64,000 nt of DNA from Eledone cirrhosa (Eukaryota): positions 78,740,001 through 78,804,000 of the forward strand of contig OZ024740.1 of assembly GCA_964016885.1 (NCBI GenBank). The letters are read 5' to 3'. The position numbers were made by a program, and so were the translations under genes. The notes below the pieces were generated by a model. The model did no database searches and was not told the DNA's origin. It worked only from the letters and a program-made list of their open reading frames with translations. Below are positions 52,425 through 64,000 of the stretch, piece after piece (positions within the stretch are counted from its first letter, which is position 1; every line of letters begins with the position of its first letter).

Positions 52425-53551
52425 TATTGATTTTATGTCCCAAATGCAAAGTATGGGTGCATAAAAGATGTAGTGGGATCACAGGTAAGCTATCTAAGAA
52501 CGTAGATTTTATATGTGACCAGTGCTCAGGTGCAATAAGTAGCAAGTGCCCACAGGATACTAGCTCCTTCTATTGCCCAGATGGCTCTATAGAAATAGTG
52601 GACAGCTTCCGTTACCCGGGTGACAAAATCAGCAGTGGTTGAGGGTGCTCAGGAAGTATAGTAGCCAGAGTCAGAACGGGATGGAAAAAGTTCAGAGAGC
52701 TTATACCACTATTGACCACTAAAGGTTACTCTCTAAAAATGAAAGGCAGACTGTATGATACCTGCATACGAACAGCTATGTTACATGGCAGTGACACATG
52801 GGCATTGTGTGCAGAGGATCTGCGCAGACAGGAGAGGAACGAAGCATGCATGCTCCGCTGGATGTGTAATAGTAATATATGTGAACAGCAAAGCATAAAT
52901 GAACTAAGTGAGAAATTAGGTATAAGAGGGATCAGATGCTGTTTACTCGAGAGAAGACTACGTTGGTATGGTCACGTGATGCGCATGAAAGACAACAGCT
53001 GTATAAAAAAGTGCAGGGCGATCAAAATTGACGGAAGTTAAGGAGTAGACAGACCCAGAAAAACCTGGGACAATTTGATAAATTCCGACCTCACACACTT
53101 GCACCTCTCTAAGACAATGTCACTGGATCGAGATCTTTGGCGCTACACAGTAATACAGTACAAAGCGAAACCTAACAGTCAGTAGGCACCTCTTAATCAA
53201 ATATACACCCCCATCCCACTCCCCCAACTCCCCCACCCCCATCAACACCACCCCTTTCTATGTAAAGTTATGTTGGTACTACAACATCCAGTCCTAAATA
53301 AATGAGGTCGTGTAGGTGTCACGACAAAAAAACACACAGTTCACGCTGTAATGTGGCCATGTAGGTAACACGGTAAAAATCTCCCAGTCCACACTGTAAA
53401 TCTGGTTGGTGTTAGGAAGGGCATCCAGCCGTAGAAAACCTGCTAGACAGTCCTATACGAGCGAGACGACCAATCTTGCCTCAAGTGGGACAATTCCCGT
53501 CTAAATCCATGCTAGCGTGGAAGATAGACGTAAAACGATGATGATGATGAT
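52425..53551 (+). mobile_element. RTE family A 5'-truncated copy
   Basis: ILCPKCKVWVHKRCSG, KGRLYD, RLRWYGHVMR, 3' UTR, (GAT)n tail. Confidence 0.9.
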
Positions 53552-56144
53552 TGGTTCATGTTTAAACGATTAGATAATCTATTCAAATTAAATATTTGAA
53601 GTGTGGAGTTAGAAAAAATATAGTGGTCAGGTTGACTAGAGTTGACCTGTGGCTAAACAATAACAACAATTTCTCTAATAGGCAACTAATTTTCTAATGA
53701 CTTTGTTCTGATCTGGTGAATCGTATATCTATTGTATTTTTTTTTTATTGACATTTCATTTTCCACCATCTCTTTTTTATTTTATGGTAATTATCATATA
53801 ATGGAAAAGCAAATTTGTAAAATTGTTTTGTTTACCAGTTCAAACTGCTTTATTTCACATACATTGTTAAACTATTTGAGAAAGGCAGGAGCATTTCAAC
53901 TTTTCATATCCCATCTCTATATATTTTAGCTCTTTTTTCCTGATCATATTTTAAATGAAATACTCTGCCTCTGTGTTTAAATTAGTTTTGAAAATAAGAA
54001 TATATAAGCATGACTTTTTTGTTAAGCTAGTGTTTGTTAGATAAATAAACAACAAACTTAAATAAAATATTGATGGGAAGCTTTAATTTAAATATGAACA
54101 CTTTGACATAATTTTTGTATGATAGATTCAGGGTGGTCTCAGGCAGGTTGGTATCAACAGAGTTAACATTTTGAACATACCAGCCCAGTATTCCAGGCCT
54201 GAGATTATTGACTGTTTCCTACCAGCTTAACATTCTGTTCTGCAGTGCACTACTGTATACAGCTGTTATTTACCCCACTTATTGCACATACCAGCTATTA
54301 TTTTACATTGTTGGTTTAGCCAGAGGTCTTCAGTAAGGCACTGCTGTGATTTTTGTTTAAATTTGTTCATTTATCTTTTTTCCAGTTTAATTGATAACTC
54401 AGTGATATTTGTATGATCACCCAAGTTTGAGGACCACACATGTGGTAGGGGATCAAAGTTCAAAGGGTTAGGGCTTCATACCTACATATGAAACTCCTCT
54501 TATTTCCCTATACAGTGTATATAAGCTGTATGCTGCTGTTCTGTATATCATAGTTATCTTATCAGCTGTATAGTGCTATTATTATCATTATTTTTTGCTA
54601 TATATGTAAGGACACTGGACATAGTGGTTTTGATTGTATTTTTTTAAACAATGTTTTTGTTTGGAAAGCTTTTCTGAGTATAATTAAGAATTATACATTA
54701 AAACTTGTCAAAAAAGGTGACTTGCTGAAGATAGTATTAATGATACCATAGCATGCCAATATACCCCTCTCTAATGGTTTATGTGTGTCCGACTGATATG
54801 GAAACATTTATGAAATAAAACACTTCTTTCTAAAAAGGTTTTGTTATTTTCTTTTTAATGTGATGTAGGTGTCATAATAGAAATGATAATGGCTATAATG
54901 GTGGCAAGGTCAGCAGTGATATAGATATATAGTATAATGTATTCATAGATTAACAAGTAGTAGAATGTCTCTCTCCCCTGCCAAACCTATTTCATAAACC
55001 TATCCATCTTTTCTTTTCTTTTCATTTTTTTAATTTTTTTTACTTACTTTCAATAACAATGTAATTAATTTCTATTTTATATATAAACTTAGAAGTAAAG
55101 TATTTGTTTCAGTTATTCTCAAGGAAGCAAGATATTGTGTTTTGCGTGTCTATGTAATTGCAACCATCTGCTTCAAAAAAAAAAAAAGTCTGAATCTTTA
55201 GGAACAAAAGTTATCATTAATAGCTCTATCATTTAAGAAATTATTCTGAAGGAGTAATGGCCTTTTTAGTTTGGAATATTTTTCTTTTGCTGATAGTATT
55301 ATGATGCTATCTACCGCTCTGTAGGTTTTTCAAATTTATCTTTGGCTCTGTTTTCTATGGGCCATGATGAAAAGAAAATAATCTGCGTTGAAGATGTATT
55401 TTGTCTTTTTTCTTTTGTTTATTTTTGCATGTGCCTTTCTTTATCAGTTTCTGTGAACATCTCTAGCAGTCAATGTAATGTTACAGATACTGTCCTAGAA
55501 CACCCATGTTGCAAAGAAGAATATTAAGGGCTTATGTTTTGATAAAATAGCTTACTGAAATTTTACTTGCTTAACCTGATGAAAAGTATAATACATATGG
55601 GATAGTTGTACTTCAAAAATGACTAACCAGACATTGTTAGCCCATCTTTTACTATTATTTTTTATGCTGAAGTTTTAAATGGCCTTCAATAGGAAGAAAT
55701 GTAGTAAAAAATATATATCAGAGAGAAATTACTCAGGGACATCACCTGCAGGAATATCAATAATTATGTTACTGTTAATATATAGAATGCATTGCATATA
55801 AAATACCTATTGTATCATCATATTTGTTTAACGTCTATTTTCCATGCTATCATGGGTTAGACGAATTTGTCCCAAGTTGGAGCAGGTGACTGTGTCCTGC
55901 GCTCATATAGAACTGTTTCTAGCTGGTTTTCTACAGCTGAATGCTCTTCATAATGCCAACCATATTTACAGTGTGTGCTGGGTGCTTTTTGCCATGTTTC
56001 CTACAGGACCACTTTACAGTGTGGGCTGAGTGATACCTACACGTATATATATGATGATGATGATATACTTGTGTATAAGTTACATGCTGCTTCTTCACTT
56101 CGTATTTTCATGGATAAAGGAGTGACTTATATATGAGTATTCTT

Positions 56145-56490
56145 TTCCTAGTTTCAGTCATTAGACTGCAACCATACTGGAACACTGTGTTAAAGGGATA
56201 TATTTGAGCATATTGACCCCAGTATTTATTTCTTTGAGGTGTGGTACTTATTTCATTGATCTCTTTTTATAAAACCATTAAATTACAGGACAAAAACATA
56301 AGCATAGATTCTAAACAAAGACACACAAACATATTCAATAGGTTTCTGCAGCTTCTGTCTATCAAATTTTACTTACAAAGCATTGTTGACTCAAGGCTAT
56401 AAATAGAAGATTCTTGCTCAAGGTGCCATGCACTGTGACTGAGCGTGAAACCACATGGTTGCATAGCAAACTCTTAAACCACATAGCCAA
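56145..56490 (-). mobile_element. tRNA-derived SINE (same family as 11598-12040)
   Basis: Head tggctatgtggtttaagag..ggtttcacgct and tail cagtctaatgactgaaacta on the minus strand. Confidence 0.65.
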
Positions 56491-57119
56491 AAATAATTAT
56501 AGGTGAAGAAAAAACAATATTAGCTTAATAACTAAATATTATTTCAATAATTTCAACAAGTATACATGAAAACTCTGAACATGTTTCAGTCTTAATAGAC
56601 CTCTTCAGAATTCATTGTACTAGCTGCAGTAGTGATGATAGAATCATTAAGTAGGTGTATAATATTGTATACAAGTAAAAGTGAAGATCTAAGAAAAGAA
56701 AAGAAAAAGCACAAGGAAATTACTCAGTGTTTCCATCTGCATGAAAAACAATAGTTAAGTTAGTGTTAACATATTCGATATAGAGAGCAGCAAAAAACCT
56801 ATTGAGAGTAATTTCTCATAATGATTATATTTTTAAAATATTCTAGTATTTATGTTGACTGGTTTAGGCAGGAATGTTATAATACAATTGCTTAGTGATT
56901 CTATTATTACTACAATGGCAAGCATAGATTAGTCTAGGCCTCTCTGACGAGTTATAGGACTAAATCATACCCAGAGTTGTCTCCCATACTTGCCAGAATT
57001 ATTAAAATAGTATTAGTCAGTAACCATAAGCTTTTTTTTTTCTTACCACATAATTACTTTTAATTAGCTATTTAATGCTTATAGCATTAAATATGTTGAC
57101 AGCAATGTTATTATTTGTG

Positions 57120-57400
57120 AAGCAGCATGACCTAGTTGTTAGGGTATAGGGCTCACAATTGTAAGGGTGTGGGTCTTATTACCAGACTGGGCAGCAGTGA
57201 CCTTGAACAAGACCCTTCATTTCACATTGCTCCACACTACTATTCGGCTGAAAAAATAAGAATGAGCTGTAGCTAGAAGTCAACCCTATGACAGACTGGT
57301 ATCTTGTCTATGGGGGAGGTTTGTACTCTAGTCATTGAATACCAATGAATCTGAGATAAGCGACTATCTGATGAGCCTCTGGGCTTGAGACAGACTTTAA
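57120..57400 (+). mobile_element. tRNA-derived SINE (head shared with 60441-60770 and 52270-52405)
   Basis: gcatgacctagttgttaggg..ccttgaacaagacccttcatttcacattgctcca. Confidence 0.55.
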
Positions 57401-57829
57401 CTTAATCTTTACTATGGGACACAGGCATGTTTTATTAAACTAAAGAGAAAAAGTGATAAAATCTGTACTATATAGATGGCAATAAGGAAACGGAAAAGAA
57501 AGAGAAAAAAATTAAGCAATGAAAGAAAAGGAAAGGGGGAGGGAATGACATACTCTGCACCCCAATCTAAGTGGTATGTTTCAGCTGTGCCCCACGAAAA
57601 AAATGACAAAAGCATTGCTACAGAGAATGGCCAGCAACACACGCTGCAACAGCCACTCTACCGAAGAGCTCCTTCCTGAGGCAGATTGCTGTCTTTCCCC
57701 ATACATGTGTGCGTATATATATATATATATAGAGAGAGAAATATAAATATATATATAAATAGAAATATATAAATAAATATATATATAAATATATATAAAT
57801 ATATATATAAATATAAGTATATATATATA

Positions 57830-58260
57830 TATAAATATATAGAATTCACAAGAATCAAAGCTATGTTCAAAGCATTTATTCACTTACAATTGTTTCATCC
57901 AAATCTAGGCTTGGAGATTCGGAGCATTTTTCAATGTTTGTACATATAATTGACCTCCTATCCAACGCAAGAGACATACAGATACATATATATATATTGA
58001 TGTACAGTGGAGTGACATATATTATACTATACTATATTTGTACAGCAGTTCAAATTCAAAATCAAAATTAAAATTAAAATACATTCGGCAGATAACACAG
58101 ATAATGCAAGAGGATAGTTTGATAGTCAGATCTAGTAGGTAGTGTATGCGTTAGTTACACATGGAGCATGCAAGTGTGTCTCATTTATATACGATTATTG
58201 TGTGGCAAGGTGTTACATGTAATGCAAGGACTTTAAGCGGGTAAGCAAGAGTATTTTAAT
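57830..58260 (-). mobile_element. Degenerate PLE-like 3' end
   Basis: Minus-strand GAAACAATTGTA hammerhead half plus AATAAA ending at (TA)n; inverted homolog at 59890-60240. Confidence 0.5.
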
Positions 58261-58320
58261 TTTAAATATTTATATACATATATATATATATATAAATATT
58301 TATATATATAGATATATATT

Positions 58321-58350
<30 letters not shown>

Positions 58351-58352
<2 letters not shown>

Positions 58353-58849
58353 AATGTAAGTATGTATGTATACGTACATACATATATGTATACAGACGTT
58401 CAGTAGCATGTATATGATGATGATACATACAGGCACACATACATATATGCACGTATCAGTTTACCGAACATTTATTATAATGCTCGGTTTGTTCGTTTGT
58501 AAACAAACAAACAGCCTGATTTACGCTGTACAGTGTTCAGGCAACCACGTCACCTTTTTGTTCAACACTGACACAGGAACGATGTACTAGTTTCAAGCGT
58601 GTTAGCTATCGTCAGCACCGTATACCTTTCTGCCAGATGGTTGAACGTTCGAAAGTATATACTTTCCTTGTGAAAATTAACGGCTGAGCAGCCTAATTTG
58701 CATATCAAGTGAGTTCAGTCGGCCAGGCGCACCGAAAACGATAAATGGAATAGAATGAAACAAAATTTCATTTCTCACTCTTAGTACGGCACTTACTTAA
58801 ATGTAAGTATGTATGTATACGTACATATATATATGTTTGTTTACAAACG
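58351..58849 (-). mobile_element. Retrozyme-like element family 2: 447-bp monomer with ~30-bp terminal redundancy
   Basis: taaatgtaagtatgtatgtatacgtacata at 58351 and 58798; hammerhead 58579-58621; octamer 58696-58703; 16-bp inverted piece 58834-58849 (reverse complement of 58494-58509); (TA)n flanks. Confidence 0.85.
58579..58621 (-). ncRNA. Minimal type-I hammerhead ribozyme
   Basis: acggtg-CTGACGA-t agc taacac gct t-GAAA-ctag-TA-catcgt; palindromic ACTAGT stem III, GUA triplet. Confidence 0.88.
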
Positions 58850-58883
58850 CTTGTTTACATATATATATTTATATATATATATT

Positions 58884-58908
<25 letters not shown>

Positions 58909-58914
<6 letters not shown>

Positions 58915-59878
58915 ATACTTTGGGAGGGTCATGTTGCCAATAAGAAACACACGCACCAGTTGCTTTCACTTCAATTTATTATATATTTATAAATTTATAA
59001 ATTTACAAATTTACAAACTTATAAATTTCTGGTTGGTTGGTTGGTTGGTTCCACAACCAGATAGTTGTTTATATATAGTCATAGTCCTTTCGTCACACAC
59101 TCTGTGACCTCTTCAGTGACTGGGGATTCCTTTCTTTGTTTCTGTGCCTTTCCTTTCTTCTATCCTACGCCATTTTGTTTCTGTGTGTGTGTTGTGTGCT
59201 CAGTTTGCGCATGCGCCACATCCGGGTGTCTGTGTGTGTTTGTGTTCATTTATCTATTTGTTTATTTGTTTATTTATTTATTTATTTATTTATTGTCGGT
59301 TGGTTGTTTGTTCTATGTGTGTGTGTGTTTTCATTTTGTCCTGTGTGTGTTTTCATTTTGTCCTTAATTGTAAGTTGTTTGTTCTATGTGTGTGTGTGTT
59401 TTCATTTTGTCCTTAATTGTAAGTTGTGATGTTGCTGTTCCACTCATATTTTCTATTTAATTTTGGTTTTAATTCTTTTATGCTTACTGCCTCTGTACTT
59501 TGCCTAAACATTGCGTCTTTTCTGTGTGTGGATTCTATTTTTATTTCTATGTTCTCTAATCTACCCCTGTGTATAGATAAGAAATGTATAACCTGTAAAA
59601 TAAGCCCCCATATTAACTGTAAAACTAGAAATGTAGTGTATACCATAAGATGTACTGAAGGACAATGTAGAAACAAAAATATAGTGTACATAGGTGAGAC
59701 AGCTCGTAGTATAGGGGAACGAATAAATGAACACTGGCGAGACCTCCAAGATAATAAAGAATCATCTGTGCTTTACCAACATGCTAAGATAGAACACAGG
59801 GGTAGATTAGAGAACATAGAAATAAAAATAGAATCCACACACAGAAAAGACGCAATGTTTAGGCAAATTACAGAGGCA
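58909..59878. mobile_element. PLE fragment: minus-strand GIY-YIG C-terminus and pLTR joined head-to-head to a plus-strand GIY-YIG segment
   Basis: Plus strand 59572-59878: CITC..CKTRNVVYTIRC..VYIGETARSIGERINEH. Minus strand 59571-59413: ..MFRQSTEAVSIKELKPKLNRKYEW..*, then 3' UTR with hammerhead and AATAAA. Confidence 0.88.
59077..59121 (-). ncRNA. Minimal hammerhead ribozyme in PLE pLTR
   Basis: agtca-CTGAAGA-g-gtcaca gagtg tgtgac-GAAA-ggac-TA-tgact. Confidence 0.82.
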
Positions 59879-59889
59879 AATTGTATAAA

Positions 59890-60240
59890 TAGGACTCGCG
59901 TGCATGCCTCACGTGTGACTGTTGCATACACTGTCTACTCCAAACTTTCCTCTTGCTTTATCTTCATAAACTGCCAATGTTTTATTTTAATTTTAATTTT
60001 AATATTAATTTTAACTTTAATTTTGTCCTTTAATATGACTGTAATCTTTGTATGTAAATTACCATGCTGTATTATTATAATGGATGTCAACCCACTGTGA
60101 GTCAATATATACATATGTTTCTATATGTCTCTTGTGTTGAAAAGGAGGTCAAGTATGTAAAAAATCACTGAATAATTGTTTGGAAGAAACAATTGTAAGC
60201 AAATAAATGATTTAAACAGAACTTTGATTCATGTAATTTC
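59890..60240 (+). mobile_element. Degenerate PLE-like 3' end
   Basis: Homologous to the reverse complement of 57830-58260; GAAACAATTGTA and AATAAA before (TA)n. Confidence 0.5.
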
Positions 60241-60440
60241 TATATATATATATATATAAATATTTATACATATATATAAATATTTCTATATATATATATA
60301 TATAAATATTTATACATATATATATATATATATAAATATTTATACATATATATAAATATTTATATATATATATATAAATATTTATATATATATATATGAT
60401 GATGACGATGATATATATATATATAAATATATATATATAT

Positions 60441-60767
60441 ATCATTTCATTTTACGTCCGCTTTTTCCCTGCTTGCAAGGGTGGGACGGGAACTGATTCT
60501 GGCTTGATTTCTACAGCTGGATGCCCTTCCTAACACCAACCTCATTTACAGTGAGTGCTGGGTGCTTTTTTGCCGTGGCACCTGCACGACCACTTTGCAG
60601 TGGAATGATATGGACTCCACTCCCTATCATCTCATTTCTACAGCTGAGTAAACTGGAGCAATGTGAAATAAAGTGTCTTGCTCAAGGAAACAACACATCA
60701 CCCGGTCTGAGAATTGAACTCACAACCTTTCGATTGCAAGGCCAATGCTGTAACCAAAGCCATGTGC

Positions 60768-60770
<3 letters not shown>
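60441..60770 (-). mobile_element. tRNA-derived SINE with RTE-derived body module and RTE family B tail
   Basis: Minus strand: A-box tggctttggttacagc, B-box gagttcaattct, ccttgagcaagacacttt, then ggaagggcatccagctgtagaaa and cccttgcaagcagggaaaaagcggacgtaaaatga. Confidence 0.78.
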
Positions 60771-60800
<30 letters not shown>

Positions 60801-60802
<2 letters not shown>

Positions 60803-62665
60803 CCAAGTCGTACAGAATGGGGTTGTTCCGAAGGACTGGCATAGCAGCATCATCGTTAACTGTTATAAGGGTAAAGGAGACGCCCTAGATAGGAGTAACT
60901 ATAGAGGCATTAAATTAATCGACCAGGTCATGAAGGTCACGGAAAAAGTAATAGCGCAACTAATCAGAGAGAGAATTGACCTAGATGAAATGCAGTTCGG
61001 GTTTGTGTCAGGCAAAAGCACCACAGACGCCCTTTTCATAGTACGACAACTACAGGAGAAGTACCTAGCTAAAGGTAGACCCCTCTACTTAGCTTTTGTC
61101 GACCTGGAGAAAGCCTTCGACAGAGTCCCCCGCTCCATTATCTGGTGGGCTCTTAGAAAACTAGGCGTTGACGAATGGCTTGTGAGGGCTATACAAGCCA
61201 TGTATAAAGAAACAGTCAGCAAGGTTAGAATTAACAACGAATATAGTGAAGAGTTTAGTGTAAAAGTTGGCGTCCATCAGGGCTCTGTTCTCAGCCCCCT
61301 ACTATTTATTATTGCCCTTCAGGCTATAACAGAGGAGTTCAAGACAGGCTGCCCATGGGAACTCCTATACGCAGACGACCTGACACTCATAGCGGAATCA
61401 ATGGCCGAGCTAGAGAAGAAATTCCAAACATGGAAGCACGGCCTAGAGTCAAAAGGACTTAAAATTAACCTGGCTAAGACCAAAGTTCTAGTTTGTAGGA
61501 AAGAAAACAAGGCGGCGGTCCCTTCTGGGAAATGGTCGTGCTCGGTGTGTAGGAAAGGCGTAGGTAGAAACTCCATTTTATGTCCTAAATGCAAAGTATA
61601 GGTGCATAAAAGATGTAGTGGGATCACAGGTAAGCTAACTAAGAACATAGATTTTACATGTGGCCGGTGTTCTGGTGCAATAAGTAGCAGCAAGTGCCCA
61701 CAAAATACTAGCTCTTTCAATTGCGCAGAGGGTTCTATAGAAATAGTGGACAGCTTCCGTTACCTGGGCGATAAAATCAGCAGTGGGGGAAGGTACTCTG
61801 AAAGTACTGTAGCTAGAGTCAGAACTGGTTGGAAAAAGTTCAGAGAGCTTATACCACTATTAGCTGCTAAAGGGTTCTCCCTAAAAATGAAAGGCAGGTT
61901 GTACGATGCCTGCATACGAACAGCAATGTTGCATGGTAGTGAGACCTGGGCATTGTGTGCAGAGGATATACGCAGACTAGAGAGGAACGAAGCTTGCATG
62001 CTCCGCTGGATGTGTAACAGTAATATACGTGAACGGCAAAGCATAAACGAACTAAGGAAAAAATTAGAGATAAGAGGGATCAGATGTTGTTTACTCGAGA
62101 GAAGGCTGCGTTGGTATGGACACGTGATGCGCATGAAAGTCGATAGCTGTATAACAAAGTGCAGGGCAATAAAGATAGACGGTAGCCACGGAATAGGCAG
62201 ACCTAGAAAAACATGGGATGAGCTGATAAACTCCGACCTCACACACTTCCACCTCTCCAAGACAATGTCACTGGACCGAGACCTTTGGCGGTACTCAGTA
62301 ACAGAGAAGACCCGCCTTGCCAGTAGGCATCTCTAACAAAATACACCCCGTCCCGCCACCACCCCCACCCCATCCACACCACCCCGTTCTATGTAAAGTT
62401 ATGTTGGTGCCGCGCCATCCAGGCCGAAACAAATGAGATCGTGTAGGTGTCACGACAAAAAAACACACAGTCCACGCTGTAATGTGGCCGTGTAGGCAAC
62501 ACGGTAAAAACCTCCCAGACCCACACTGTAAATGTGGTTGGTGTTAGGAAGGGCATCCAACTGTAGAAAACCTGCCAGACAGTCCTATGCGAGCAATCAC
62601 TCTTGCCTCAAGTGGGACTACCCCTGTCCAAACCCATGCAAGCGTGGAACACGGACGTTAAACGT

Positions 62666-62696
<31 letters not shown>
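60801..62696 (+). mobile_element. RTE family A, 5'-truncated, with RT core and PHD finger
   Basis: NYRGIKL, FVDLEKAFDRVP, GVHQGSVLSP, YADD; one TGG>TAG stop at 61599; (GAT)n tail. Confidence 0.95.
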
Positions 62697-62729
<33 letters not shown>

Positions 62730-62746
62730 TATAAATATTTATACAT

Positions 62747-63570
62747 ATCATCATCATCATCATTTTACGTCCGCTTTTCCCTGCTTGCAAGGGTGGGACG
62801 GGTCTTATTCAGCACATCATCTCTCCATTCGTCACGGTCCCTCGTCATCTCCACCGTGAGCTTCAATGATCTGAGGTCTGTTCTCACCACCTCCGCCCAT
62901 GTTTTTCGTGGTCTACCTCTACCACGTCTTCCTTCAACTGGCAATTCCTGGCACTTCTTCACCCATCGGTCATCCTCCATGCGCATCACATGTCCGTACC
63001 ACTTCAGTCTCCTCTCCCGTACACTACATTCTATCCCTCTCAGACACAGTTTCTCTCTCAACACATTTATGCTGGGTCGTTCACGCACATTTACATTGCA
63101 CATCCAACGGAGCATGCTTGCCTCATTTCTCTCCAGCCGTCGCATATCCTCTGCAGTTGCTACCCATGTCTCACTACCATGCAGCATCACGCTCCTCACA
63201 CAGGCATCATACAACCGGCCTTTTGTACGCAGGGAGAAACCCTTCTTCGTCAACAGAGGAAGCAGCTCCCTAAACTTCTTCCAACCCGTCCTTATTCTAG
63301 ATACTATGGCCTCGGAACACTTCCTAGGTACCGGAAGCTATCCACACTTCTATAGCGCCCTCTTGCATTTGAAAAATGTGTCTATCAGTGCGACTTCTAC
63401 TGTCTAATTTCCCTGTACATCTACTGCATACATATTTCTCCCTACCTGTTAGTTAGCCTGCTATCCCACTACATCTCTTGTGTACCCAGGATCTGCATTG
63501 TGTGCATTTTATAGAATTTATGCCAGTTCCTTTTCTGCATATCGAACATGGCCATTTCCCTGACGGAATC
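62747..63570 (-). mobile_element. RTE family B 3' fragment
   Basis: Close copy of 26825-27680 with a small internal deletion near 63320; ORF ends KTRPTLASREKRT*. Confidence 0.92.
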
Positions 63571-63608
63571 ATATATATAAATATTTATACATATATATAT
63601 ATATATCA

Positions 63609-64000
63609 ATATTGTTATACTTTGGGAGGGTCATTTTGCCAATAAGAAACACACGCACCAGTTGCTTTCACTTCAATTTATTATATATTTATAAATTTAT
63701 AAATTTACAAATCTACAAACTTATAAATTTCTGGTTGGTTGGTTGGTTCCACAACCAGATAGTTGTTTATATATAGTCATAGTCCTTTCGTCACACACTC
63801 TGTGTGCTCTTCAGTGACTGGGGATTCCTTTCTTTGTTTCTGTGCCTTTCCTTTCTTCTATCCTACGCCATTTTGTTTCTGTGTGTGTGCTCAGTTTGCG
63901 CATGCGCCACATCCGGGTGTCTGTGTTATTGGCAACATGACCCTCCCAAAGTATAACAATATCGGTTTCAACACACGATTTCAGATAAAGAATCTTGCTA
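63609..64000. mobile_element. PLE pLTR (minus) followed by inverted start of a plus-strand copy running off the window
   Basis: 63609-63925 matches 58907-59235; 63926-63962 is the reverse complement of 63609-63645 and continues into new sequence. Confidence 0.8.
63775..63819 (-). ncRNA. Minimal hammerhead ribozyme (second copy of 59077-59121, stem II variant)
   Basis: agtca-CTGAAGA-gcacacagagtgtgtgac-GAAA-ggac-TA-tgact. Confidence 0.72.

Noticed and set aside
60640-60770. tRNA genes (also 40190-40270, 57120-57190)
   Set aside because: A/B boxes are followed by SINE bodies and tails, with no complete cloverleaf or T-run terminator.

Overview
AT-rich, microsatellite-rich animal DNA with no host gene I can support. 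The SINE/RTE repertoire looks cephalopod (Octopus-like; inference). The window is a patchwork of mobile elements: Penelope-like elements (PLEs; RT + GIY-YIG, hammerhead-bearing pLTRs), two RTE-clade LINE families (A and B) with a PHD-type finger inside the RT, tRNA-derived SINEs, bipartite RTE derivatives, CRE-like remnants, hAT MITEs and a non-autonomous Helitron. The most striking feature is non-coding: a young 2-kb insertion (17870-19892, 13-bp TSD) of 466-bp tandem units arranged head-to-head. It carries four intact minimal type-I hammerhead ribozymes on long extended stems, each lying about 100 nt downstream of the octamer (ATGCAAAT)/PSE-like segment of the unit. One arm begins within 1 nt of the predicted self-cleavage site. 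Two diverged relatives with the same architecture occur at 58351-58849 (447-bp unit) and 12514-12925. Together they suggest a family of self-cleaving, probably circular-RNA-forming retrozymes with an snRNA-type promoter, mobilised by PLEs. All calls were made by eye; boundaries of degenerate elements are approximate.
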